This document shows positions 48,874 to 60,299 of a stretch of DNA of 64,000 nucleotides, piece by piece. The position numbers and the translations under genes are program-made. Each line of letters starts with the position of its first letter. Within the stretch, counting starts at the first letter, position 1. Source of the DNA: Psammoneis japonica (taxonomy: Eukaryota); the NCBI GenBank assembly GCA_008632985.1, contig QPGO01000193.1, positions 1 to 64,000 of the forward strand, written 5' to 3'. The notes under the pieces are model-generated. The model saw nothing but the letters and a program-made list of their open reading frames with translations, ran no database searches and was not told the origin of the DNA.

Positions 48874-51419
48874 ATGAAGTTTAAAATCCGCAGCAAAGAA
48901 AAAGACCATAAAAGCAACAGGAACGACGATGAGTTGGCATCTCCTGAAGCCACCGTAGCTTCAGCAGTAGAAGAATCGACAGTAGTAACTCCCTATCAAT
49001 CCTATCAAGATCCGTTGGAACAACCCCAACAACAACCACAGTCTAGTAATCAAACTCAACCCGATAGTCCTGTCAATGGCCATCATGATGATGATTATGT
49101 TCCTCATGATAACGATCAAGATCAAGAGGACGCCGAACACTTGCGTCGTAAGCACCGTGGCTTTTCGACCTCGATTGCCGATTCCTTTGTATGGCAAGAT
49201 TACGAGAGAGTCGATTGCTGTGCCATGACGTGTTTTGGTATTCTCCAAAGTGACCGTGATCGCTACCTATTGACGGGAACCATGCCACCCTCGTTAGTAC
49301 GCCGCTTGTGGATTCATTCGGGATTTCCTTTATTGATCTTTTTAACGGCTGGCTATTGTGCCTTTACCATTCCCAATGCGTATTGGAATCAAATGTGTGT
49401 ACGTTTTGGTGACGTTTATCGTCGTGTATATGATTTTGCAGTGTTTCAAGGGACGTTGGAAACGTTCGAGAGTACGACAAGAGCTCCTGTGGAAACTCCA
49501 TCAAGCGAGACGTGACCATCCACAGCCGGACTTTGAATACACGGAAATGGAAGATGACGGTAATCCTACCGGTGCTCAGCAACAACAACCACAAGTCCCA
49601 TCCTCATCACGCGATTACATGAATGGTCAAACCTATTATGATGTTGGTTGTGCTCATCGTTTGTTGGGTTGTTATGCCAGTGATGTTCCGTCTCACCCCG
49701 AAACACAAGAATACAATAATTTCTGTGCCTGTCTTTGGCAAGTATTCCAAAAATCCTGTTGTGGCAAACTCTGTGGTTGTCATTTACAACTCTGTGGTCA
49801 ATGTGCTTTGGCACAAGAAGGACGAGAATTGGAACGTATCTTGCCCGCCAGCATGAGACGGATTGATTACATTACCATGCAACCCGTCATGGAATATTAT
49901 CCACGCATTTTGCAATTGCGTCTTGACCAAAATTTTGGAATCAAGGCACATTACCAAGCGACATCGAAATTGGCACGCATACTCCTTCTTCACACGTCGG
50001 CCGTGCTCCTTGCCGCGTTGATTTTGAGTTTGTTGCCATTTCTACGCAATTTTGGTATTCGCAATTTCTTGGTACTCTTGGCGACGATTGGACAAGCACT
50101 GGTGCTGTTATATGTGGTGTATTGGCACTGGCATCGATTCCACTTGTCCTTGGATGCCGTCATCAAGTACTTTGCTTCTGGCTTTTTGTTGTCGTCGTCC
50201 TTGGCCATTACATGGGAATTACTCTGTGCGCTCGTCCTTCGACTTCTTGTGGAGGTTGGCATGGCATTGTCGGGTATTGATGAAACGGATGAAAACGGGT
50301 ATGGCAATAGTATTATGAATCACGGTGAGGAAGTTCCATTGCCGGAAATGGGTGGACGTATTCGTATGGACGACAATCATGGCAGTAATCGATTCTTGCA
50401 AAATGATTTTGCCAGTGCTTCGGTACATGATTACATGATTGAATTGGGACGTGATTACTTTTTAGTGTATGCACTCTTTTTGATTGTACAATCCTTCTTG
50501 ATGGCAGCCATGATTGAAGAATTGTGCAAATATTTTGGATATCGCATGGTGGATCATGCCGATTTCTTATCGACACGAGAACTTGCCAAGGCGGCGGATG
50601 CGCCGCAGTACGTTATTGGTAATGACGACGATGATGTCGAAACCAACGCCATGGATGATGCTGCACAGCACGTCATGACGACAGTCGATGATGCCGTCAT
50701 GTCCTTGGCGTCGGGTGATGAATTACACGAAAACAACAAGATGGGTTTGACGGAATTGTTGTCAAGTACCAAAGGTCGTTCTCGACGAGACATGGCTGCG
50801 GCACATACGATTGCCATGGTGGCAACGGCGATTGGATTTGCGTGTTGTGAGAACTTAATCTATGTCTTTGTGTACAATGGACAAAGCCTTCAATCACGTG
50901 AGTATTATTGGAAAAGAGGGTTTTGTTTTGTGTTTTGTGAGTTTGGTATTTTGACTGACGACTTTTTCTCTCTGGATTCATTTTCAACTGAATACAGAAA
51001 TCATGGTACTGGTTAGCCGCGCACTACTCCCGGTCCATCCCATTGCGGCGGCACTCCAGAGCATTGGCGTTTGTCGACGCGTCGTAGAACACGACAAGAC
51101 GATGCGATTGGGCAAAATGATTCTACCCGCCGTCCTGTTTCACGGGACCTTTGATTACGGATTGTTAATGTTGGACTTTTGGAACGGCATGGGCGATAAG
51201 GATGCAGCCGATTCGGCCGCCAAGGAAGCGCTCGTGGCGGGCTTGTCCTTTTGCTATGCCCTCTTTTGCATCATGGGAGCGCTCGTGTATTATTACAAGC
51301 AAAGCATTGAACAACGCCAACGACTGGATGCATTGGATCAAAACGACAATAGTACGCAAGCTGCTGCGGCCGAGGTGGCTAGCGTCAAGAGTGACGATTT
51401 GGCCAGGATTCTCAGTTAG
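48874..51419 (+). CDS. PLAC8-like Cys-rich domain fused to a PrsW-family intramembrane metalloprotease; frameshift at ~49397, intron 50898-50997
   Basis: PrsW motifs IEELCK, GFACCEN, PVH and LFHGTFD. PLAC8-like FSTSIADSF...CCAMTC and CGQCALAQEGREL. A 100-bp GTGAGT..CAG intron restores the frame. Confidence 0.82.
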
Positions 51420-51521
51420 ATATATATGTAGTATAGGTGGTAACGAAGCTAGTATTTGTGAAACTACACGTTCGATTGTCTACCCTACCGTACTAATTTC
51501 AGTCATTGCTGCACATGATAT

Positions 51522-52502
51522 CTACCAATCCGCAGTTCCCTCAAATTGGTTCGAGTTCTCGGGAGTAATGCCCTTGCTAGCCAAAAGTTGTCCCAAAGGA
51601 GAGTCAACCTTGATCTTTCCAGACATGAAGGGATAAAACTTTCCAGGAGGTCCCGGGTTCTTGGTCAATTCCTCCTTGACAATGTCTTCAATCACTTCTC
51701 TGCCATGCGCAATGCTGTACACGGTCTCCGCAACCTTGGCTGGAACACAGACAACACCGTCTTGATCACCAACAATGGCATCACCGGGTCGTACCGTGAC
51801 ACCCGACACATTGACCACGCCGTTGCATTCCCACGGTTGCATGGCGGCGGGGCCCTGACGAGCCGTGGTGCTGTAGGAAAAGCAGGGAAAGCCGTAATTG
51901 ATAATTTCGTCCGTATCACGAACGGATCCATCCGTCACTAGACCGCCAATCTCGAGTTGTTTGAGACGCAAAAACTTGATATCACCACCGACCGATTCCC
52001 AAGGACCGACAGAAGACATGACAAGGACCTTGAATCAAACAAACATAAAAATGATGGAAGAGAACATGAATTAAATGAGACTGGCGACTGGCATATCCTT
52101 TCACAAATCTAAACACAGAAACCTAGTTATAATACTCACTTCGTTAGGTCCACAGAGTTCAAAGGCTTCATATTCGGGCGAGTTTCCTCCGGCAGGCTTG
52201 TCTTGAGCGATATCCGGTCGGGCAGGAACAAAATTGAGCGTCACGGCACGACCCACACACTTCATATTGGGGGCAAGAGGACGAGCCCCATCAATCTGAG
52301 CCGAGGGCCATCCCATGACCCAAAGACCATCCACGAGAGCTTGTGTCGACAGGGAACCCAGCTTTTGAAGCAACTCATCACTAATTTCTCCACCGCTGGC
52401 GGGGCCGGTAGCCATGGTCCTCGCGGCCAAGCCACTCAGCGAGGACAGCGAGGATGAAACCTTGTTGGTGGCAAGAGTACGACGAAGTGCAGCAGAAAAC
52501 AT
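51522..52502 (-). CDS. RraA/DlpA-family protein (HMG/CHA aldolase-like), mitochondrial; exons 52502-52140 and 52028-51522
   Basis: LSTQALVDGL, VGRAVTL, SVGGDI, GLVTDGSVRD, VTVRPGDAIVGDQDGVV; Arg/Ser-rich transit peptide; 111-bp GTGAGT..AG intron. Confidence 0.88.
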
Positions 52503-52675
52503 GGTCAAGGTGTAATCGATGTTGTATAACACACACACAACAGTCAACCGTCAAGGGGCAGGCTGTTGTAGTTTAGATGGATCCTTGACAACCGCAAAAT
52601 AATAGAGTAGCAACAACAGCAGCAACACGCGAGTTCGTCGTGAGACGAAGCAGAAAGCTCAATCAAAGCGGTCTA

Positions 52676-53021
52676 TGACGTACGCGTGTAAAAAATCATC
52701 TTTTCCTGCATTTTGAAGATTTTTCAATCACTTTTTTCGTACTATTTTCAAATTATAAAAAAAAGAGTCAGCTTTTATGTCGGAAAAGAGACGCTTTTGG
52801 TCACTTTCATTTCGACATCGTGACGTCGCCGTTGTGACGAATTCTATAATGACGTGGCTTGTATTCGCATGTAGAACCAGGTACAACTACGTCACAAAAT
52901 GTCGTACTTCGAAAGAAATAGCTTATGGGTCCGTCTTGTTGAACCCTTTCCCGCCACCCTTTCTCACCCAATCTCGTTTTCTCACCACCTTTCTCACGGC
53001 GAGTAGTACGTGGTCACGTCA
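52676..53021. promoter_or_regulatory. Cluster of five TGACGT (bZIP-type) motifs in a bidirectional promoter
   Basis: TGACGT at 52676, 52821 and 52850; ACGTCA at 52889 and 53016; all within the 604-bp divergent intergenic region. Confidence 0.5.
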
Positions 53022-53106
53022 TTGATCCTCCTCGTTTTCTTCTGTTGTTGAATCTCTCACAGTTTTCCACTGAATCTCGTTTCAAACGTCCCCAATATAT
53101 CAAACC

Positions 53107-53868
53107 ATGGCACTCCGTTTGGCTACCGCTCGCTCCTTCTCTCGGGTCACCGCCACCCGCTCCCTCTCGACCGCTGCAACCTCGGGTTTGGATCGCATGC
53201 AGAGCGTCGACAGCTACGAAGCCGTTTTGGACAAGTTTGCTGAAATCCGTGCATGCGCCGTTCTTCGTACTCCCACGTCCGAGGCTTGTCCCAAGGCCAT
53301 GCAAGCCGCCATTGACGGTGGATTCAAGATTGTCGAATTCACACTCACAACTCCTGACTGTCTCGACCACTTGGCCGACTTTCGTCAAAAATACGACGGA
53401 GACGTCATGGTGGGATGCGGTACCATTTTGACCCCCGACGATGCCGCCGCGGCCATTGATGCCGGGTCGGAATTTATCATTACGCCCGTCATGCTTCCCG
53501 ATGTCATTGAATGGTGCCGTGACCGAAACATTGTCTGTGTGCCGGGATGCCAGACTCCCACCGAACTTGTCAATGCCTACAGGCACGGTGCTCCTCTCCA
53601 AAAGCTCTTTCCGGGCGTGGCCGGTGGTCCCATGTGGGTCAAGGCTGTTTCGAGTGCCTTGCCCTTTCTCAGCATCAACCCCACGTCGGGTGTCGATTTG
53701 GACAATGCCGGGGATTTCCTCAAGAATGGTGCTGCCAGTGTTGGTCTCGTCGCTCCGCTCTTTGATCAAGAGGCCATTGCCAAAGGAGACTTTGATCAAA
53801 TTGCCAAGAATGCCGAAAAGGTCATGGCTAACGTTCGTGAAGCTGGACCTTACAACCGCAAAAAGTAA
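53107..53868 (+). CDS. eda: KDPG/KHG aldolase family protein, mitochondrial transit peptide
   Basis: AVLR, VEFTLTTP, VGCGTIL, AGSEFIITP, PGCQTPTE, Schiff-base KLFP, PTSGV; N-terminus MALRLATARSFSRVTATRSLST. Confidence 0.88.
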   Translation: MALRLATARSFSRVTATRSLSTAATSGLDRMQSVDSYEAVLDKFAEIRACAVLRTPTSEACPKAMQAAIDGGFKIVEFTLTTPDCLDHLADFRQKYDGDVMVGCGTILTPDDAAAAIDAGSEFIITPVMLPDVIEWCRDRNIVCVPGCQTPTELVNAYRHGAPLQKLFPGVAGGPMWVKAVSSALPFLSINPTSGVDLDNAGDFLKNGAASVGLVAPLFDQEAIAKGDFDQIAKNAEKVMANVREAGPYNRKK

Positions 53869-54432
53869 AATGTGATGTTATTTGCGTGGCTACTTGTTGG
53901 TAGAGAGACTTGCATAACTCATGCTGTGCATGATAATGTTGTGTAAATGAGAGAAATTATGTAAGCAACCCAGTTTATCTTTTCTGAATAGGCATCGGAG
54001 CTCATGCAACACCGTATCTTTTACGTGATGTCTGCCTACGTGAGACAACTTTCACGCAGCTCCGAGACTGTAGCTTTCTCGTCATTTTCGATCAGTCAAT
54101 GCTCTTGCCTTTCAAAACATCCAGTTGAACATATCTCAAAATGTGATGACTGAAAAGGGGAAAGCTATTACTTCGCAAGCTCCCGGTATAAAAGGTTATC
54201 AGACTACCGTGTCTGGGAAATCCAACAACATATTTACTAGGACAGTAGCAATAAGCACGGTGCTCTAGTGAAGAAGGAAAGTGAGCGGAGGATCTCAGAG
54301 AAATCCAAGCACTGTCTACATGCACTGATGTCTTCCCACCATGGTTTTCAACCATTTCATTGCAACTGTTTTTAGGCGCTGGCACCAACACGTACCCACG
54401 TACTTTGCCCGGTGGAAGATGAATGACAAGCA

Positions 54433-57208
54433 TCAGTTGCTTTGTTGTCGAACGCTCCACCGAACGCCAATGTCATCCAAACGTTTCTTGTGGTCTCGTT
54501 TAAGTGTCGCCGTTTTCCTCAACCTGTGCTGCCAACTTAACCACAACCCAAGATTCTTTCCATCCTCTGTGTGCTTCTGTGGAACGTTGCAATCCCCTTC
54601 GCGTTTCTCATGTTGGATGAGAAGACGAAACATTTCTTCCCATCTTTCAGAAGGAACATTCCAAGCAACGCCAACGTTTGTGAGCCATTCCTCAAGAGCA
54701 CTGTCGAGCTTCCCGGCATTCCTCAAAAACCGCTGCCGATGTGACCACTTTCCAAGGTTCTTTCCATCCTCAACATGGCTGTCTCGAATGTTGCAATCCC
54801 CCACGCAATCTTCACAGTGGACGAGGAGTCGAAACATTGCTTCCCAACGTTCAGAAGCAACCTTCCAAGAAACGCCAACATTGTTGAGCCGTTGCTCAAG
54901 ACCACTGTTGAGCTTTCCGGCATTCCTGGAAGCACGCTGATTTTTTAACCAACTTTCAAGGTTCTTTCCATCCTCTTTGTGCTTTTTGCAATGCGGCAAT
55001 CACCCTCTTGTTTCTTACATTGGAGGAGGAGTCGAAACATTGCTTCCCATTCTTCAGAAAGAACATCCCAAGCAACGTTAATGTTTTTGAGCCGTTCCTC
55101 GTGAACTCGGTCAAGCTGCCCAGAATTTTTCAAAAATCGCTGCCTGCATGACCACGCTCCAAGGTTCTTTCCATCCTCGACATGTCGTTGTGGAACATGA
55201 CAATCACCTTCTCTTTCTTCACAGACCAAAAGCAATTCACACATTTGATCCCAAAAGCTTTCACGGTTCTTGCACTCCGTGATTGCTCGATTCATGATGT
55301 CGTTCTTCAATTCAAGCGGCATTGAGTCTGGGAGCATGAACGATTCAAGCACCCGAGAAGGGAATTCTGCATCACACAAAGACCTTCCGAGTCTGGCGCT
55401 CTCATCAATTACAAACACGACATCCTCCCACAATTTGGGATCCAATCCAACCATTGCATCGAATGCCAATGTGAAAGATTCATAGCCACCTTCATCTTCC
55501 ACAAATCCAAGTGTCTCCAGTTGTGGGTGAGGGTGCCAAAACATGTCCACGCTCTTTGCCAGGAGCCCTCCGGCTGACACGTCCAATCATTTGGCGCGTC
55601 AACGGCACTTCGGACAGGATCTGCCATCACTGCCAACTCCCAATCTGCCTCGTCCATGCCGGTGGCCAATGCTCCACAGTTGGCAACAATCGATTTGGTT
55701 GCTCATTTTGCTCTTGACAAGATTTCTTCCCGCTTGGCAGGTGACATGTCAGAGCTGCCACTGACCGCAAATGCGGTGATGTCGTCCTTCTTGAGAACTG
55801 GTGCTGCATCACGCACAAAAGCACGAGCACAGCAGTTCATGGAATGGAATGACATGGTGCTGCTCACATTGAGTTTGTGAAAAGCTGCTTGAATTGCAAA
55901 TGGGAGCAGGCAGTCCTTCGAGAGTGCCGGCGGGATGGAATCATCAAGGAGCGGATCAGCAAGGACGGCGTTGATTTTGTCGGCATCCAACACACAAAGT
56001 GTGATTGGAACGGTGACATTTTGGTTCACGGCATCACTCAGCGTCCGTTTCGCAAGGCATGGTCCAAACAAGGTTGCATTGTTAAAACTGCGGACACCAG
56101 CAGCCTTTTTGGGCTCTGAGCTTTTGTTGGGAATGAGCGTTCACGAGCCATCCTTACAAAGCTTGCCACCGACAATGGCAACCTGCTGTGGAGTGTCCGT
56201 GTGCCGACATGGAGCAGCAGTTAGAAACAAGTGACAATCAACTGGGATCAACGAGTCACAGAGACCATGTCCAGACATTTTGCCGATCCCTTCCATTTCA
56301 TGTGCCTCATCAAATGCGGCAAACCCAATGGCACCAACGTGCTTCGACAGCGCCTCTCCAACCTCAGGCAACGACTTGCAAGTGCAGCCAATGAAGGATG
56401 AGCCGTCATTTTTTGAGGATGGAAATGCAGCAATCTCGTCAGAAGATGTTGTGCAATCCTCAGTGCGATTGGTCTGGCTCGCCACAATCAATCGCGAATG
56501 AGGCACATGATCAAGGACTCCAAATCGATCCAAGCCATCCAGCACTTGATCCACGAGTTTCAAAGTTGGTGTGACACACATGGCTGATTGAAGCATTTCT
56601 CTGCTCGGACCCATTCCGTCCATGGCAAAGTTTTTGATCGACTTGAGTGCAGGCAGTGTTTTGCCCCACCCCGGCGGAAGCTGGACGTTGGCCCGGCGAC
56701 CACCTTCTGCCCTTCGAGATTTCTTGTTGTTGTGAGCATTCTTTCTGCTTTTTCCTCCATCCACCTGTGCAGGAGCTCTGCAAAAGCACTCTGCAGTCGA
56801 ATCTAAAATGTCATTGTGACGATCATCTTGCTGTTGACACTCGTCTTGATAATTTTCTGACACACTCGCACTTGTTTCTGATGCTGTTTTCTCTGCTGCT
56901 CTCAAGTGATCTCCTTGTTCTCGACATCCTTTTGTCGGATGAGCTCTGTGATCATCATGCTTCTGACTTGTGTCCTCCAGGATTGCTCCAACCCTCACTG
57001 CATCGACTGCTGCATCATTCAGAACCTCAACTGCTGCATGCGCGCTTGTCTGATGCTTGGGCGCTGTCGTCACTCTTGAACGGCTTCTAAATTGTGCGGA
57101 TTGAAACTGAAAAGACCCGCTGAACTGCTCCAGCATCAAAACAAGGAAAATGTGGTGGCAGTTGTTCATGGTTGGTGTGTGTGATTGAAGGCACTGTCGC
57201 GCTGTCCC
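54433..57208 (-). pseudogene. Decayed SF2 helicase + HA repeats, copy 2 (inverted relative to copy 1)
   Basis: Colinear with 4661-7440 starting at gggacagcgc; LPPGWGKT, FDEAH, EDEGGYESFTLAF, four HA repeats. Confidence 0.9.
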
Positions 57209-57399
57209 AGGCATCAATCAAGTTCAAAATGGTTGAACGCCAAGGCTCAAAGGCGCGGGCGCGCGGGCACGCGACATCTGTTGTTCTGCTGGGAGTTGCA
57301 CGAAATGTCGAAATTTTCGTTTTTCTTGGTTTTTCCCTGTTTTTCGCGATTTTTCGAGACAAGAATTCATTTTGTTCATCCCCCAAAGTGTTGCATTTA

Positions 57400-57900
57400 G
57401 CAAGTGCACTGGTGTGCGAACGAACACCGACTCCAGATGGGGTCAAACGGCGAACGCGGTGATGGTTCGTTGATGATGCGAAACGAGAAAATCAGTTCCG
57501 TCCACCATCACTGTGCATGCCATTGTCATCCATGAACCTGTTTTGCCAGTCAATCTAAGATGAGATGATGGTGAAGCCAATGCCAGCACATTGATTTTCA
57601 AAAAGAGATTGGAGTGATGGTGCACAACAAGTCCAGATTTGCAATTAACTCCACCCCGACACAAAACCATTTTCTTGTCATGACTTTGTGTGATCCACCA
57701 CAGATTCCCGGCACAATGGTTTCAGAACAATGCAGATTCAGAGAACAAGGGCACACAACAAGTGAGTGGGCAGGAACCCATGAGAAATGTTGCCTTCATC
57801 TTGAAGAAGGCCCCACAACTTGCACACCATGTCTTGCAAAGTGCTCAAGTGTGGCACGAACCTGTGGTTCCAAATCCATTCCGATCTTGTCAGCCTCTGA
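57400..57900 (-). pseudogene. PIF/Harbinger-like DDE transposase N-terminal remnant
   Basis: VCKLWGLL...PTHLLCAL...GICGG...TRKW...IANL, then IDWQNRFMDDNG..CTVMVDGTDF RI.NEPSP FDPIW CSH (first catalytic Asp in VDGTDF). Confidence 0.75.
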
Positions 57901-59068
57901 ATGACTGTCCTTGCAAGACAATCCACTGTGGCTCTGGGCAGGCAAAGTTGCACAGTGAGCAATGCAGTCGTGTGTTGCGCATTTGACATTGCACTGTCAT
58001 GCCAAAATGATTTCTGCCGCACCGCTGGTGCCACACAGCAGTGTTTTTGTTGCCACAGGTGGATTGATGGTTCCATGTGTCGGGTGGGGTTCTCATTCAT
58101 TTCCAATGTCTAAAAACAATGTTTTGATGTCAGGCCTTTTAGAGAGATTCCCTTCGGGAATGCTTTTGGAGCAGTTTTGGAGCACTTTTGGCACGGCTCC
58201 GGAATGGTGGAAACACGGGAATGATGAAATGCCTGTTTCGTTGAGTGGCATTTCCATGTTGGAGCTGTTGGCGGTTGTTGCAGACATGGTTCAGTGTCAA
58301 ACAATGCCAGCAGTTGCAGCGCATCCTTGCAGCTCAACTCACAGCCACTGCAACTCCAAATTGTTGAGACTTCCAATGGCCGTTCTTTTTCTCAGAGAAA
58401 ATGGAAATGTGTTTTGACGGGTGCACCTTTTGGCAATAAATCCATCTGATCTGTCAAACTTTTGCACTGCTGTGCCACACTCAAACAGCTCCAACTGTGG
58501 TGCTGCACTGACAACAGCACATCACATGTCTCGTTGGCGAGTTGACCGGCTCCAAAGTTTGATTTCCGCATGAATCAGTGCATCATTTGAGAACGTTCTC
58601 GGAATGGTTTTGGAGCGCTTTTGGAGCGGCATGCAAGGGAATCTTGAGTGACAACAATCCAAAATAGTCCAGCCCTGGTCCCCCCCAAGAGACCTTTTTT
58701 GGTTTTGGCGGTTGCAGCCATTTGGCAGGATTTGAATTTGAAATCTGTGCTGTTGCGTGAAGTGATGAGGTTGAGACAGTCGTCAACAGGAATCTTTTGA
58801 AAATGACCCGTGACGCAGAGAGCACAAAACAATTGAGGACCCCTGTGGAATCCACACGTTTTTGCACTGAAGCTGTTGTGTTTGCACAATTTGTGCAAAA
58901 ATGGACTTGACTGTCATCGGATCAGGTGCAGACTTGTTCCAGACTCAGGTGGCGCGCACATGCCCCTTTTTGCAGAAAAAAAAAATTCATTGACCACTCA
59001 GTGGTTGGTGATTGCAGACTTCATTGACCACTCAGTGGTTGGTGATTGCAGACTTTTTCGTGTTGGTC

Positions 59069-60299
59069 CGGCAGTCGGGCAGTCGGGGGGTCGGGGGGTC
59101 AGGCAGTCGGGCAGTCGGGCAGTCGGGAAGTCCGTCTGAATTTGAAAGTGTGTCCCTCGGATTTTGGAAAGGCATGGGTTGTTCAGTGCAGATGAATTCT
59201 TCGGATTCGTAGAATGATCATTGAGGACATGAGAGGTCGTGGGGACATCCTAAAAAATCGACAAATTCCCTACGACGGGTGCATGGCACGGTTTTTCAGG
59301 AGAGCTCAAAAGTTCTCAAAAATTGGGATTGCTGGCGTGGCATGTTGAAAAATGTGTTCAGTTGTGAACAAAGACAACCAATCGTGAATTCTACACGAAA
59401 CTGTCACATTTGGGAAAACATGTCAAACAATGAGTGAGTTTGTGCGATGCGCTGTTGTGGTGATAAATTGGAAAAAAAAGAGTGTCCGTGCACCTTGCTG
59501 CAGCCCCAAAAATGGCATGAGACATCAAACATGACGGTCATCCACGTCACCGGTGTGGTGGCCACGCCGCCACCTGTGTGCGTGCAGGCAGTGCAGCATG
59601 CAACGGCACACACCCACACCCACACCCACAAAAAGAAAGACAAGTGGTCAATGCTCCCCGCAGGCCTGGTTTTCATGTCAGTCCAGCAGTCGGGCAGTCG
59701 GGCAGTCGGGCAGTCGGGCAGTCAGGTTGTCCGTCTGAATTTGAAAGTGTGTCCCTCGGATTTTAGAACGGGATGGGTTGTTTGGTGCAGATGAATTCTT
59801 CGGATTCGCAGAATGATCATTGAGGACATGAGAGGTCGTGGGGACATCCTAAAAAATTGATGAATTCCCTGCGACGGGTGCGTGGCACGGTTTTTCAGGA
59901 GAGCTCGAAAGTGCTGTAAAACTGGGATTGCCGGCATGGCATGTTCAAAAATGCACTCAGTTGTGAACAAAGATGATCAATCGTGAATTCTACACAAAAC
60001 AGTCACATTTGGGAAAACATGTCAAACAACAAGTGAGTTTGTGCGATGCACTGTTGTGGCGATAAATTGGAAAAAAAAAAGAGTGTCCGTGCACCTCGCT
60101 GCAGCCCCAAAAATGGCATGAGACATCAAATGCAACGGTCATCCGCGTCACCGGTGCGGTGGCCACGCCACTCAGCCACCACAACACCGGCCCCGGCGGC
60201 AGGGCCCTGCGCACGTGCAGACAATGCAGCATGCAACGGCACACACCCACCCACAAAAGCGAAAGACAAGTGGTCAATGCTCCCCGCAGGCCTGGTTTT
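59069..60299. repeat. ~600-bp diverged tandem duplication, each unit starting with (GCAGTCGG)n
   Basis: gtccgtctgaatttgaaagtgtgtccctcggatttt at ~59130 and ~59729; both units end in agacaagtggtcaatgctccccgcaggcctggtttt. Preceded by a 35-bp tandem pair at ~58986-59054. Confidence 0.9.

Noticed and set aside
53014..53799. 261-aa minus-strand ORF
   Set aside because: Antisense shadow of the codon-biased KDPG aldolase gene.
58986..59130. Short repeats as a CRISPR array
   Set aside because: Simple tandem repeats without unique spacers, no cas genes, eukaryotic context.
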